Positions 14,562 to 25,787 of a stretch of 64,000 nt of DNA are shown here, in pieces. Source of the stretch: Nemertoderma westbladi (Eukaryota > Animalia > Xenacoelomorpha); NCBI GenBank assembly GCA_032718475.1, contig JAUCBJ010009136.1, positions 186,001 through 250,000 of the forward strand, given 5' to 3'. Numbering within the stretch: position 1 is the stretch's first letter; each line of letters starts with the position of its first letter. Below the pieces are notes generated by a model that saw only the letters and a list, made by a program, of their open reading frames with translations, had not been told where the DNA came from and searched no databases. The translations under genes and the position numbers were made by a program.

Positions 14562-14732
14562 GTAAGTGCTAATGTAATAATTTGTTATTACTTTGGTATA
14601 GGCCTACAGTACAGTACGCATATTTCCAATTTGGGTGTCGTTTCAGCCTATGGAAGTATTTCTGGGCTTTGTAGGATTTGTATTTAATTGATTTGGAAAC
14701 ATTTTAAATCAGTAAATCAATTTAATATATAT

Positions 14733-15960
14733 TTACAGCGCATATGCAGCAGCAATGGGCTTATGGTCTGTGAATACAGTTATGTCGCGGCCTTCAATAG
14801 TGTGTTTAAAATGCTCCAATGACTTATAAACGGCGAATAATTCGCGGTCCAATGTCGAGAGCATTTGTTCTCCTTCACTTAACGATTTGTTATAAAATCC
14901 CAGGGATTCTGTTTGTTCATCAATAATTTGGTGCAATACACCTGTTATTGCTGTACCTGAGGCATCTGTCGTAAGGGTAAATTTCACATCAGGGTTACTA
15001 GATGGGTGTGCAAGTGTGACAGCCTCTGCCAATGCTTTCTTTACCTCAGTAGAGGCTTCAGTAAGTATTTCAGACCAGTTGTAATCACCCTGTTTCCCCT
15101 TGTACGGTTGTGACTCCCGAGCGAGAGCTTGAAGTGGCTCCAATGACACCTAGAAACCGGCGTAGTGCTTTGTAATCCGGTAATCTTTGAGTATTTCAGT
15201 TTTATTTGTTGGCGGCCGCACACCCTCTGCACTGACGTGATGGCCAAGAAATGTGAGTTCTTTAGCGAAAAACTGACATTTATTAAAGTTTATGCTGAAT
15301 CCATGTACAGACAATCTTCTAAAAACTTATCTTAGTAGTTTAGCATGTATCAATATATCATCATTCCAATATAAACAATATACAATATATCATCTAAGTA
15401 CACAAAAGTACCTTCCATATTACCAAAAATCTCATCTTGAAATCTTTGAAATGTTGGGGCGGCGTTATTAAGTCCGTTTGGCATCATAACATACTCATAA
15501 AGTCCGAACGGTGTTATTATTGCTGTTTTTTCTAAGTCTTCAGTATTAACAGGTATCTGGTTATATGCTCTTACCAGGGCAATCTTACTAAAAACATGTT
15601 AACCTCTTATTTCTGTGTTAAAATGTTGTATATTGGGTACCGGGTAAGAATCACGAACCATTTGTCTATTTAATTGTCAATAGTCCCTCCCCACAAGGGC
15701 GCCATTTATCTGGAGGTTTCTTTGCCATATGGAGAGGTGAAGCCCACTGACTTTTTGATGGACGTATAATTCCGTCTTTCAGAAGTGTATCAAATTCAGT
15801 TTTGGCAATTTACAGTTTCTCTGTGTTTAAAGGACGTGCTTTGCTATGAACGGGATTTCCAGTAGTATTTATAATGTGTTTAGTTTTATGCTGAACAGTT
15901 TCAGGCAAACGTGTTGTTGCACTTGTTATTTCGGAAAACTCTGCTAAAAGGTCGTCAGTA
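14733..15960 (-). pseudogene. Degraded Ty3/gypsy pol fragment (RT + RNase H)
   Basis: Minus strand gives [42 protein letters not shown], then LTTDASG, DRELFAV, FTDHKP, with many frameshifts and stops. Confidence 0.88.
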
Positions 15961-15987
15961 GTAGGTAATACAACTTAATTGAAACAG

Positions 15988-16232
15988 CGTCTGCCATAGT
16001 CTACTATGTTAAAGACTTTGCCGAAGAGCTCTTGCCCCACCCACTTACTATGGTTACCATTGTGTATATGTAACATATGTGGTATAATGTAAGTCCACAG
16101 AAGTAATTGAATTAATTCACATCTACTAGTTGGCGCTTGACCTTGAACCGCAATAGGTAAAAGCCGTCATAGTAAGTGGGTGGGCTGCAGACCTTCGGTA
16201 AAGTCTTTAACATGATAGACTACGACAGACGC
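15988..16232. mobile_element. MITE-like element with ~70-bp imperfect terminal inverted repeats
   Basis: GCGTCTG..TAGTCTA..ATGTTAAAGACTTT.CCGAAG..CCCACCCACTTACTATG is mirrored by CATAGTAAGTGGGTGGG..CTTCGG.AAAGTCTTTAACAT..TAGACTA..CAGACGC. Confidence 0.7.
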
Positions 16233-16633
16233 AACAACTAAAAAAGGTCAATAAACATTGACTAGCACCAGACGACAATACTACAATTCTACACTTATTG
16301 GTAAGCAACAATATGGGGCGAGCCACGAAGTGAGCGAAGCCTTAGCATCTGGGTGCCATTAACGATTTGTAGGGCGAGCCACGAAGTGAGCGTAAGGTTA
16401 TAGTATTTATTAGTATTTATAACATTATTTTTAATTTAATTATTGTACTTAAACCCATCACCATTACTATTTTAAAAATTTATGCCGCCACCTCACCCGT
16501 TTATCCCGCTATCGCCATCTGTTCAATCTTCTTCACCCCCACATTATCACCATCGCCACCACCACCCAATATCCCCAACATTTCCATCAACATTTCGATT
16601 ATTTCTTCCATTGCTTTCTCCCGCGCCCACACA

Positions 16634-17062
16634 ATCTCCGCCTCCCGCGCACACATCTCCGCCTCCCGCGCACACATCTCCGCCTCCCGCGCACACATCT
16701 CCGCCTCCCGCGCACACATCTCCGCCTCCCGCGCACACATCTCCGCCTCCCGCCCACACATCTCCGCCTCCCGCGCACACATCTCCGCCTCCCGCGCACA
16801 CATCTCCGCCTCCCGCGCACACATCTCTGCCTCCCGCGCACACATCTCCGCCTCCCGCGCACACATCTCCGCCTCCCGCGCACACATCTCCGCCTCCCGC
16901 CCACACATCTCCGCCTCCCGCGCACACATCTCCGCCTCCCGCGCACACATCTCCGCCTCCCGCGCACACATCTCCGCCTCCCGCCCCCACCCGCCCCCGC
17001 GCACATCTCCGCCTCCCGCGCACACATCTCCGCCTCCCGCGCACACATCTCCGCCTCCCGCG
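16634..17062. repeat. GC-rich 21-bp minisatellite TCTCCGCCTCCCGCGCACACA (~20 copies)
   Basis: Direct tandem repeat; one minus-strand frame reads (REAEMCA)n. Confidence 0.95.
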
Positions 17063-19022
17063 CTCTCCTATCCCTCTCAGCCGCTCTCTCCAACTCACAA
17101 TCTTCCCCCCATACACTCTCCTTCTTTGCCGCTTCTTGCTTCTCCACCTACGTCACCCATAATATAATAGTATAATAAATTTATGTGTAATAAATGTATA
17201 ATACTATAAATAAATAAATCTATATAACATTTTAATAATATTTATTTCAATCGATAATTAATTATACCAACAAACAATTTAACAAATTAAAATTTTCCAC
17301 CACAAAATAATAATTATTATTTAACCATGTCCGGCTCGTTACAGCGACACTGCCTACGAACGCGGTCTATTTATATAATAAAGTTTCTACCACTCGAAGA
17401 TTCACACTGAATGTTTATTCTTCTTTATTTGAGGTTGCCCATCAGTCTCAATCTCATTGAAAATGTCTTCATCATCCGTATCATTGACGATGTCCTCTTC
17501 AAAGTCGCTGATACCTTCATACACATAGATAGGTGTTTTATTCACGATGAGATCAATTTTTCGCTTAAGCGCTTGTTCTTTCATGGCTTGAGGTGTTTTC
17601 ATCTGAGCGCTCACACCCCCAATCAGGGTATCAATATCATTTAATCATTATTTTTTAAGCGTCGTCTCCCCGTTCAATTTCCACAATCATTGGCAACCAG
17701 GTTTTTTTCTCAGCCATTTTCTAAGAGGTGACTTTTACTGCCTCGGGCGTCTTCGGCTGACTATCGTTGTTCGGCATTTCCACTTTCATTGGTTCCTCAT
17801 CCACTAATTCATCAATCGCAGCCTCAACAACTAACTTTATAATCGGTAGAAAGTCACACCCAGTCGGAATATTGTAGCCAACGTACTTCTGTAATTCCTT
17901 AATTATCTTGACATTTGCGTTGTTTCGGGGGATGAAAATAACCTTGGTATCGAAGTTGTGGGACAAATATATCCCGTTTTCCTTAACGATCGATGTGTAC
18001 CTTATACTAACCTCATCGATATTCTCCTTAACATTCTTATCTATGTTAAAGTCGAGCAAACAGAATTCATCCGATCGTATACCGATTCTTGCACGACATT
18101 GCGGCCTCTGTTGGCATCACCCCAACGGTTGAATCAAACGTATTTATCGTTAAATGCTTTTATTTCTATTCCTTCCTCCAAACACTCGAGACTCCATAAA
18201 CTCTTACCTGTAGTCACTGATACGTATGGGTCGGGTACACTGCTAGTAGAGCTACTGCTTAATGGCATCATTTTTGGTTGTGATGGTTTCACAGATTCAA
18301 TCAGCAAATTTTTTGTAAAATATTAAGTGTAAAATAATCAACAATATTACGCTAAACAATGAAATAATGAATTAACCCGAATGATAAAATAAAGTATTTT
18401 ACGGTGTATTTATAATAGAATGATGGGCTACTTTTAACCACTCAACCAGTTTAATTGCTACTGTCCAGGGAGAACGTTGGTGTGCTACAGCTAGTAGTGG
18501 GATTTTAGCGTTTGTGTTTTGCGATTAAAGTTCATTGCGAGTTGTCTTTGTTATGGGTGGCACAACGCGGTCGTTATTATCAACCGTATGATGTGAAGGT
18601 GTTTAATTATGAATTGTTATAAAGAGAAAGAAAATTATATGTCTTTCAATTAAAAACAATTACATCAACTTTAAAGCTCAAGATTAATAATGAAACTGAA
18701 ACTAAAACTTTACTGAAACTTTAAAATATTTAGTGATCCGTGATGAATTTTAGGTGCTAACGTTTTCAACTTTCATACTCATATCAATTCTTACTATAAA
18801 ATTTTTGAAAATCCACCAAATAAACGTTTTTTTAACTTTGATACAGTTTTTCCATCAACAGTTGTTATTCCGTAATGTGAAATTTTTGGAATAAAACTGC
18901 GTAAAAGATTTGTTGCAAAGGACTTTACATTGCTGATCCTCGTGACATTATTTACATCCATAACACTAATTGCGTCAGTTCGTACTGAAAACTCCTACTT
19001 TTCACACAAGTACTTGTAATAA

Positions 19023-22000
19023 GTCAGGTTGGTAGGTAACCAGCCTGCTGCTGGCAGCCACTAATATAGTCAGGTTGGTAGGTAACCATCCTGCTGCTGG
19101 CAGCCACTAATATGGTAAGTCAGGTTGGTAGGTAACCATCCTGCTGCTGGCAGCCACTAATATAGTCAGGTTGGCAGGTAACCAGCCTGCTGCTGGCAGC
19201 CACTAATATAGTCAGGTTGGTAGGTAACCATCCTGCTGCTGGCAGCCACTAATATGGTAAGTCAGGTTGGTAGGTAACCAGCCTGCTGCTGGCAGCCACT
19301 AATATAGTCAGGTTGGTAGGTAACCAGCCTGCTGCTGGCAGCCACTAATATGGTAAGTCAGGTTGGTAGGTAACCAGCCTGCTGCTGGCAGCCACTAATA
19401 TGGTAAGTCAGGTTGGTAGGTAACCAGCCTGCTGCTGGCAGCCACTAATATAGTCAGGTTGGTAGGTAACCAGCCTGCTGCTGGCAGCCACTAATATGGT
19501 AAGTCAGGTTGGTAGGTAACCAGCCTGCTGCTGGCAGCCACTAATATGGTAAGTCAGGTTGGTAGGTAACCAGCCTGCTGCTGGCAGCCACTAATATAGT
19601 CAGGTTGGTAGGTAACCAGCCTGCTGCTGGCAGCCACTAATATAGTCAGGTTGACCAGCCTGCTGCTGGCAGCCACTAATATAGTCAGGTTGGTAGGTAA
19701 CCAGCCTGCTGCTGGCAGCCACTAATATGGTAAGTCAGGTTGGTAGGTAACCAGCCTGCTGCTGGCAGCCACTAATATAGTCAGGTTGGTAGGTAACCAG
19801 CCTGCTGCTGGCAGCCACTAATATAGTCAGGTTGACCAGCCTGCTGCTGGCAGCCACTAATATAGTCAGGTTGGTAGGTAACCAGCCTGCTGCTGGCAGC
19901 CACTAATATGGTAAGTCAGGTTGGTAGGTAACCAGCCTGCTGCTGGCAGCCACTAATATAGTCAGGTTGACCAGCCTGCTGCTGGCAGCCACTAATATAG
20001 TCAGGTTGGTAGGTAACCAGCCTGCTGCTGGCAGCCACTAATATGGTAAGTCAGGTTGGTAGGTAACCAGCCTGCTGCTGGCAGCCACTAATATAGTCAG
20101 GTTGGTAGGTAACCAGCCTGCTGCTGGCAGCCACTAATATAGTCAGGTTGGCAGGTAACCAGCCTGCTGCTGGCAGCCACTAATATAGTCAGGTTGACCA
20201 GCCTGCTGCTGGCAGCCACTAATATAGTCAGGTTGGTAGGCAACCAGCCTGCTGCTGGCAGCCACTAATATGGTAAAGTCAGGTTGGTAGGTAACCAGCC
20301 TGCTGCTGGCAGCCACTAATATAGTCAGGTTGGTAGGTAACCATCCTGCTGCTGGCAGCCACTAATATAGTCAGGTTGGCAGGTAACCAGCCTGCTGCTG
20401 GCAGCCACTAATATAGTCAGGTTGGTAGGTAACCATCCTGCTGCTGGCAGCCACTAATATAGTCAGGTTGGTAGGTAACCAGCCTGCTGCTGGCAACCAC
20501 TAATATAGTCAGGTTGGTAGGTAACCAGCCTGCTGCTGGCAGCCACTAATATGGTAAGTCAGGTTGGTAGGTAACCAGCCTGCTGCTGGCAGCCACTAAT
20601 ATAGTCAGGTTGGTAGGTAACCAGCCTGCTGCTGGCAGCCACTAATATGGTAAGTCAGGTTGGTAGGTAACCAGCCTGCTGCTGGCAGCCACTAATATAG
20701 TCAGGTTGGTAGGTAACCAGCCTGCTGCTGGCAGCCACTAATATGGTAAGTCAGGTTGGTAGGTAACCAGCCTGCTGCTGGCAGCCACTAATATGGTAAG
20801 TCAGGTTGGTAGGTAACCAGCCTGCTGCTGGCAGCCACTAATATAGTCAGGTTGGTAGGTAACCAGCCTGCTACTGGCAGCCACTAATATAGTCAGGTTG
20901 GTAGGTAACCAGCCTGCTGCTGGCAGCCACTAATATAGTCAGGTTGGTAGGTAACCAGCCTGCTGCTGGCAGCCACTAATATAGTCAGGTTGGTAGGTAA
21001 CCAGCCTGCTGCTGGCAGCCACTAATATGGTGAGTCAGGTTGGTAGGTAACCAGCCTGCTGCTGGCAGCCACAGGTTGGTAGGTAACCAGCCTGCTGCTG
21101 GCAGCCACTAATATGGTAAGTCGGGTTGGTAGGTAACCAGCCTGCTGCTGGCAGCCACTAATATAGTCAGGTTGGTAGGTAACCAGCCTGCTGCTGGCAG
21201 CCACTAATATGGTAAGTCAGGTTGGTAGGTAACCAGCCTGCTGCTGGCAGCCACTAATATAGTCAGGTTGGTAGGTAACCAGCCTGCTGCTGGCAGCCAC
21301 TAATATGGTAAGTCAGGTTGGTAGGTAACCAGCCTGCTGCTGGCAGCCACTAATAATATGGTAAGTCAGGTTGGTAGGTAACCAGCCTGCTGCTGGCAGC
21401 CACTAATATGGTAAGTCAGGTTGGTAGGTAACCAGCCTGCTGCTGGCAGCCACTAATATAGTCAGGTTGGTAGGTAACCAGCCTGCTGCTGGCAGCAACA
21501 GGTTGGTAGGTAACCAGCCTGCTGCTGGCAGCCACTAATATGGTGAGTCAGGCTGGTAGGTAACCAGCCTGCTGCTGGCAGCCACAGGTTGGTAGGTAAC
21601 CAGCCTGCTGCTGGCAGCCACTAATATGGTAAGTCGGGTTGGTAGGTAACCAGCCTGCTGCTGGCAGCCACTAATATAGTCAGGTTGGTAGGTAACCAGC
21701 CTGCTGCTGGCAGCCACTAATATGGTAAGTCAGGTTGGTAGGTAACCAGCCTGCTGCTGGCAGCCACTAATATGGTAAGTCAGGTTGGTAGGTAACCAGC
21801 CTGCTGCTGGCAGCCACTAATATAGTCAGGTTGGTAGGTAACCAGCCTGCTGCTGGCAGCCACTAATATGGTAAGTCAGGTTGGTAGGTAACCAGCCTGC
21901 TGCTGGCAGCCACTAATATAGTCAGGTTGGTAGGTAACCAGCCTGCTGCTGGCAGCCACTAATATGGTAAGTCAGGTTGGTAGGTAACCAGCCTGCTGCT

Positions 22001-24327
22001 GGCAGCCACTAATATGGTAAGTCAGGTTGGTAGGTAACCAGCCTGATGCTGGCAGCCACTAATATAGTCAGGTTGGTAGGTAACCAGCCTGCTACTGGCA
22101 GCCACTAATATAGTCAGGTTGGTAGGTAACCAGCCTGCTGCTGGCAGCCACTAATATGGTAAGTCAGGTTGGTAGGTAACCAGCCTGCTGCTGGCAGCCA
22201 CTAATATAGTCAGGTTGTTAGGTAACCAGCCTGCTACTGGCAGCCACTAATATAGTCAGGTTGGTAGGTAACCAGCCTGCTACTGGCAGCCACTAATATA
22301 GTCAGGTTGGTAGGTAACCAGCCTGCTGCTGGCAGCCACTAATATGGTAAGTCAGGTTGGTAGGTAACCAGCCTGCTGCTGGCAGCCACTAATATAGTCA
22401 GGTTGGTAGGTAACCAGCCTGCTGCTGGCAGCCACTAATATGGTAAGTCAGGTTGGTAGGTAACCAGCCTGCTGCTGGCAGCCACTAATATAGTCAGGTT
22501 GGTAGGTAACCAGCCTGCTGCTGGCAGCCACTAATATAGTCAGGTTGGTAGGTAACCATCCTGCTGCTGGCAGCCACTAATATAGTCAGGTTGACCAGCC
22601 TGCTGCTGGCAGCCACTAATATAGTCAGGTTGGTAGGTAACCAGCCTGCTGCTGGCAGCCACTAATATGGTAAGTCAGGTTGGTAGGTAACCAGCCTGCT
22701 GCTGGCAGCCACTAATATAGTCAGGTTGATAGGTAACCAGCCTGCTGCTGGCAGCCACTAATATAGTCAGGTTGGTAGGTAACCATCCTGCTGCTGGCAG
22801 CCACTAATATAGTCAGGTTGACCAGCCTGCTGCTGGCAGCCACTAATATAGTCAGGTTGGTAGGTAACCAGCCTGCTGCTGGCAGCCACTAATATGGTAA
22901 GTCAGGTTGGTAGGTAACCAGCCTGCTGCTGGCAGCCACTAATATAGTCAGGTTGGTAGGTAACCAGCCTGCTGCTGGCAGCCACTAATATGGTAAGTCA
23001 GGTTGGTAGGTAACCATCCTGCTGCTGGCAGCCACTAATATAGTCAGGTTGACCAGCCTGCTGCTGGCAGCCACTAATATAGTCAGGTTGGTAGGTAACC
23101 AGCCTGCTGCTGGCAGCCACTAATATGGTAAGTCAGGTTGGTAGGTAACCAGCCTGCTGCTGGCAGCCACTAATATAGTCAGGTTGGTAGGTAACCAGCC
23201 TGCTGCTGGCAGCCACTAATATGGTAAGTCAGGTTGGTAGGTAACCAGCCTGCTGCTGGCAGCCACTAATATAGTCAGGTTGGTAGGTAACCAGCCTGCT
23301 GCTGGCAGCCACTAATATAGTCAGGTTGGTAGGTAACCATCCTGCTGCTGGCAGCCACTAATATAGTCAGGTTGACCAGCCTGCTGCTGGCAGCCACTAA
23401 TATAGTCAGGTTGGTAGGTAACCAGCCTGCTGCTGGCAGCCACTAATATGGTAAGTCAGGTTGGTAGGTAACCAGCCTGCTGCTGGCAGCCACTAATATA
23501 GTCAGGTTGGTAGGTAACCATCCTGCTGCTGGCAGCCACTAATATAGTCAGGTTGACCAGCCTGCTGCTGGCAGCCACTAATATAGTCAGGTTGGTAGGT
23601 AACCAGCCTGCTGCTGGCAGCCACTAATATGGTAAGTCAGGTTGGTAGGTAACCAGCCTGCTGCTGGCAGCCACTAATATAGTCAGGTTGGTAGGTAACC
23701 AGCCTGCTGCTGGCAGCCACTAATATGGTAAGTCAGGTTGGTAGGTAACCAGCCTGCTGCTGGCAGCCACTAATATAGTCAGGTTGGTAGGTAACCAGCC
23801 TGCTGCTGGCAGCCACTAATATGGTAAGTCAGGTTGGTAGGTAACCAGCCTGCTGCTGGCAGCCACTAATATAGTCAGGTTGGTAGGTAACCAGCCTGCT
23901 GCTGGCAGCCACTAATATAGTCAGGTTGGTAGGTAACCATCCTGCTGCTGGCAGCCACTAATATAGTCAGGTTGACCAGCCTGCTGCTGGCAGCCACTAA
24001 TATAGTCAGGTTGGTAGGTAACCAGCCTGCTGCTGGCAGCCACTAATATGGTAAGTCAGGTTGGTAGGTAACCAGCCTGCTGCTGGCAGCCACTAATATA
24101 GTCAGGTTGGTAGGTAACCATCCTGCTGCTGGCAGCCACTAATATAGTCAGGTTGACCAGCCTGCTGCTGGCAGCCACTAATATAGTCAGGTTGGTAGGT
24201 AACCAGCCTGCTGCTGGCAGCCACTAATATGGTAAGTCAGGTTGGTAGGTAACCAGCCTGCTGCTGGCAGCCACTAATATAGTCAAGTTGATAGGTAACC
24301 AGCCTGCTGCTGGCAGCCACTAATATA
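19023..24327. repeat. Tandem satellite with 46-bp unit GTCAGGTTGGTAGGTAACCAGCCTGCTGCTGGCAGCCACTAATATA, plus 50-bp (..AATATGGTAA) and 39-bp variants
   Basis: More than 100 copies; the 46/39/50 variants recur in a higher-order pattern at about 22500-24250. Confidence 0.98.
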
Positions 24328-24353
24328 CATGACTTTCTTCCTGTTCCCTTTAG

Positions 24354-24486
24354 AATCAACTGAAAGAACTTACAGATAAACTCCAGAGTGCGGGTAACCA
24401 CTTTGTGCGCTGCATTAAACCCAACTCTAGGATGAGTGTGCACAAGTACGAGGGGACCGGTGTTATTAGTCAATTACAATGCGCAG
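24354..24486 (+). CDS. MYO6: Myosin VI-like heavy chain, internal exon (phase 0/1)
   Basis: Acceptor ttccctttag|AAT, donor GCAG|gtaggc. Translates NQLKELTDKLQSAGNHFVRCIKPNSRMSVHKYEGTGVISQLQCA(G), containing the FVRCIKPN and QLQC.G myosin motifs; in frame with the previous exon. Confidence 0.93.
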
Positions 24487-24644
24487 GTAGGCGATAAATA
24501 AAATACTAAACCCAGGAACCATTGAATCCATAGCCATATTAGTTATAGTCGAGTCAATCTAGCAAAAAAACCCATAAGAAATTCGCAATCAACCAAAACC
24601 AAATTTTTTAGGTTCTATATTATCTTGTTATTGCCCAAAAAAAG

Positions 24645-25368
24645 TCTATAAAAATATATTGCGGAACACATTAACGTTGCTTGGTAACTGCTCAATAGAA
24701 CAATTTCCTATTGCTAGTGATGTAATCACTAATTTTTAGACAAATCAACTACTGTACAACCACTTTATTATTATGTAGTATTTTTCTTTAAACACTCTTT
24801 ATGGGTTTGTATTAGCAAGGTGACTTTTTTAAACATTCAGTGCTGTTTATAAAATAATTTGAAGGTACTTTAAAATATATCCTAATCTTTTGTGATTGCT
24901 TTACAATTTTTTCAAGGCTAGAGAGAGTTCCGCATGCAGTCGCATTTGGTATTTTGATATTAATTAATGAAATTATGTACTTTTTGCACAGTAATATCAC
25001 CACTGAATCCATAGCTAATCGACTATCTAGTAATTTTTTAAAAGATGATTTATTAAATATTAACATTTTTTTTTATTTTATTATACATTCAATCAACATT
25101 GAATGTTCTAGAACATAATTATAAATAATTATTATAAATTTATTATAAATTAATATTATTGTAATTATAAACAAATTATATCACCCCCCCCCCCCCTCAA
25201 TTGTTTAAATAATATAATATTTATTTATTAAATTAAAAAAATAGTTATTGACTATTATTTATTAGTACGAAATATATATATAACTACATCACTAACAATA
25301 GGAAATAGTTCTATTGAGCAGTTACCAAGCAACGTTAATGTGTTCCGTAACATATATTTTTATAGACC
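24645..25368. mobile_element. Nested MITE-like inverted repeat (~85-bp arms)
   Basis: GTCTATAAAAATATAT..CGGAACACATTAACGTTGCTTGGTAACTGCTCAATAGAAC.ATTTCCTATTG.TAGTGATGTA at about 24645-24725 is mirrored at about 25285-25368. Confidence 0.75.
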
Positions 25369-25387
25369 TTTTTTTGGTAACAGTAAC

Positions 25388-25787
25388 AGAACTGCATTTT
25401 TCTAACATTAATCATTGTTACCATGGTAACAGTGAAGAGTTCTAGAACAAAAAATATATAATATACACTATTCTAGAACAAAAATAAAATAAAAAAAATA
25501 TTGTTCCAGAACATAATATAGCTAGTAAGTTTTTAAATTTAAAATATTTGGTAATAAAAAAAATTTATTTATTTATTTATTAGAAAATTTATCTACCAAA
25601 TTGAATATTTTTTTGAATTTACTAGCTATTTTAAAATAAAAAAAAAAATAGTTACTGTATATGTTCTAGAACATTATATTTTATTTTATTTATGATCTAG
25701 AATATAGTGTATATTACTTTTCTATTGTTCTAGAACTCTACAATGTTGCCATAGTAACAAAGACATAAGTTATAAAAATGCAGTTCT
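25388..25787. repeat. AT-rich imperfect palindrome whose right arm runs into the 41-bp satellite
   Basis: AGAACTGCATTTTT..TGTTACCATGGTAACA..GAGTTCTAGAACAA..TAATATACACTAT is mirrored by ATAGTGTATATTA..TTGTTCTAGAACTC..TGTTGCCATAGTAACA..AAAAATGCAGTTCT. Confidence 0.7.

Noticed and set aside
14448-14687. 79-aa ORF MESKDPF...
   Set aside because: It is the 3' part of the myosin exon read through the splice donor into the intron.
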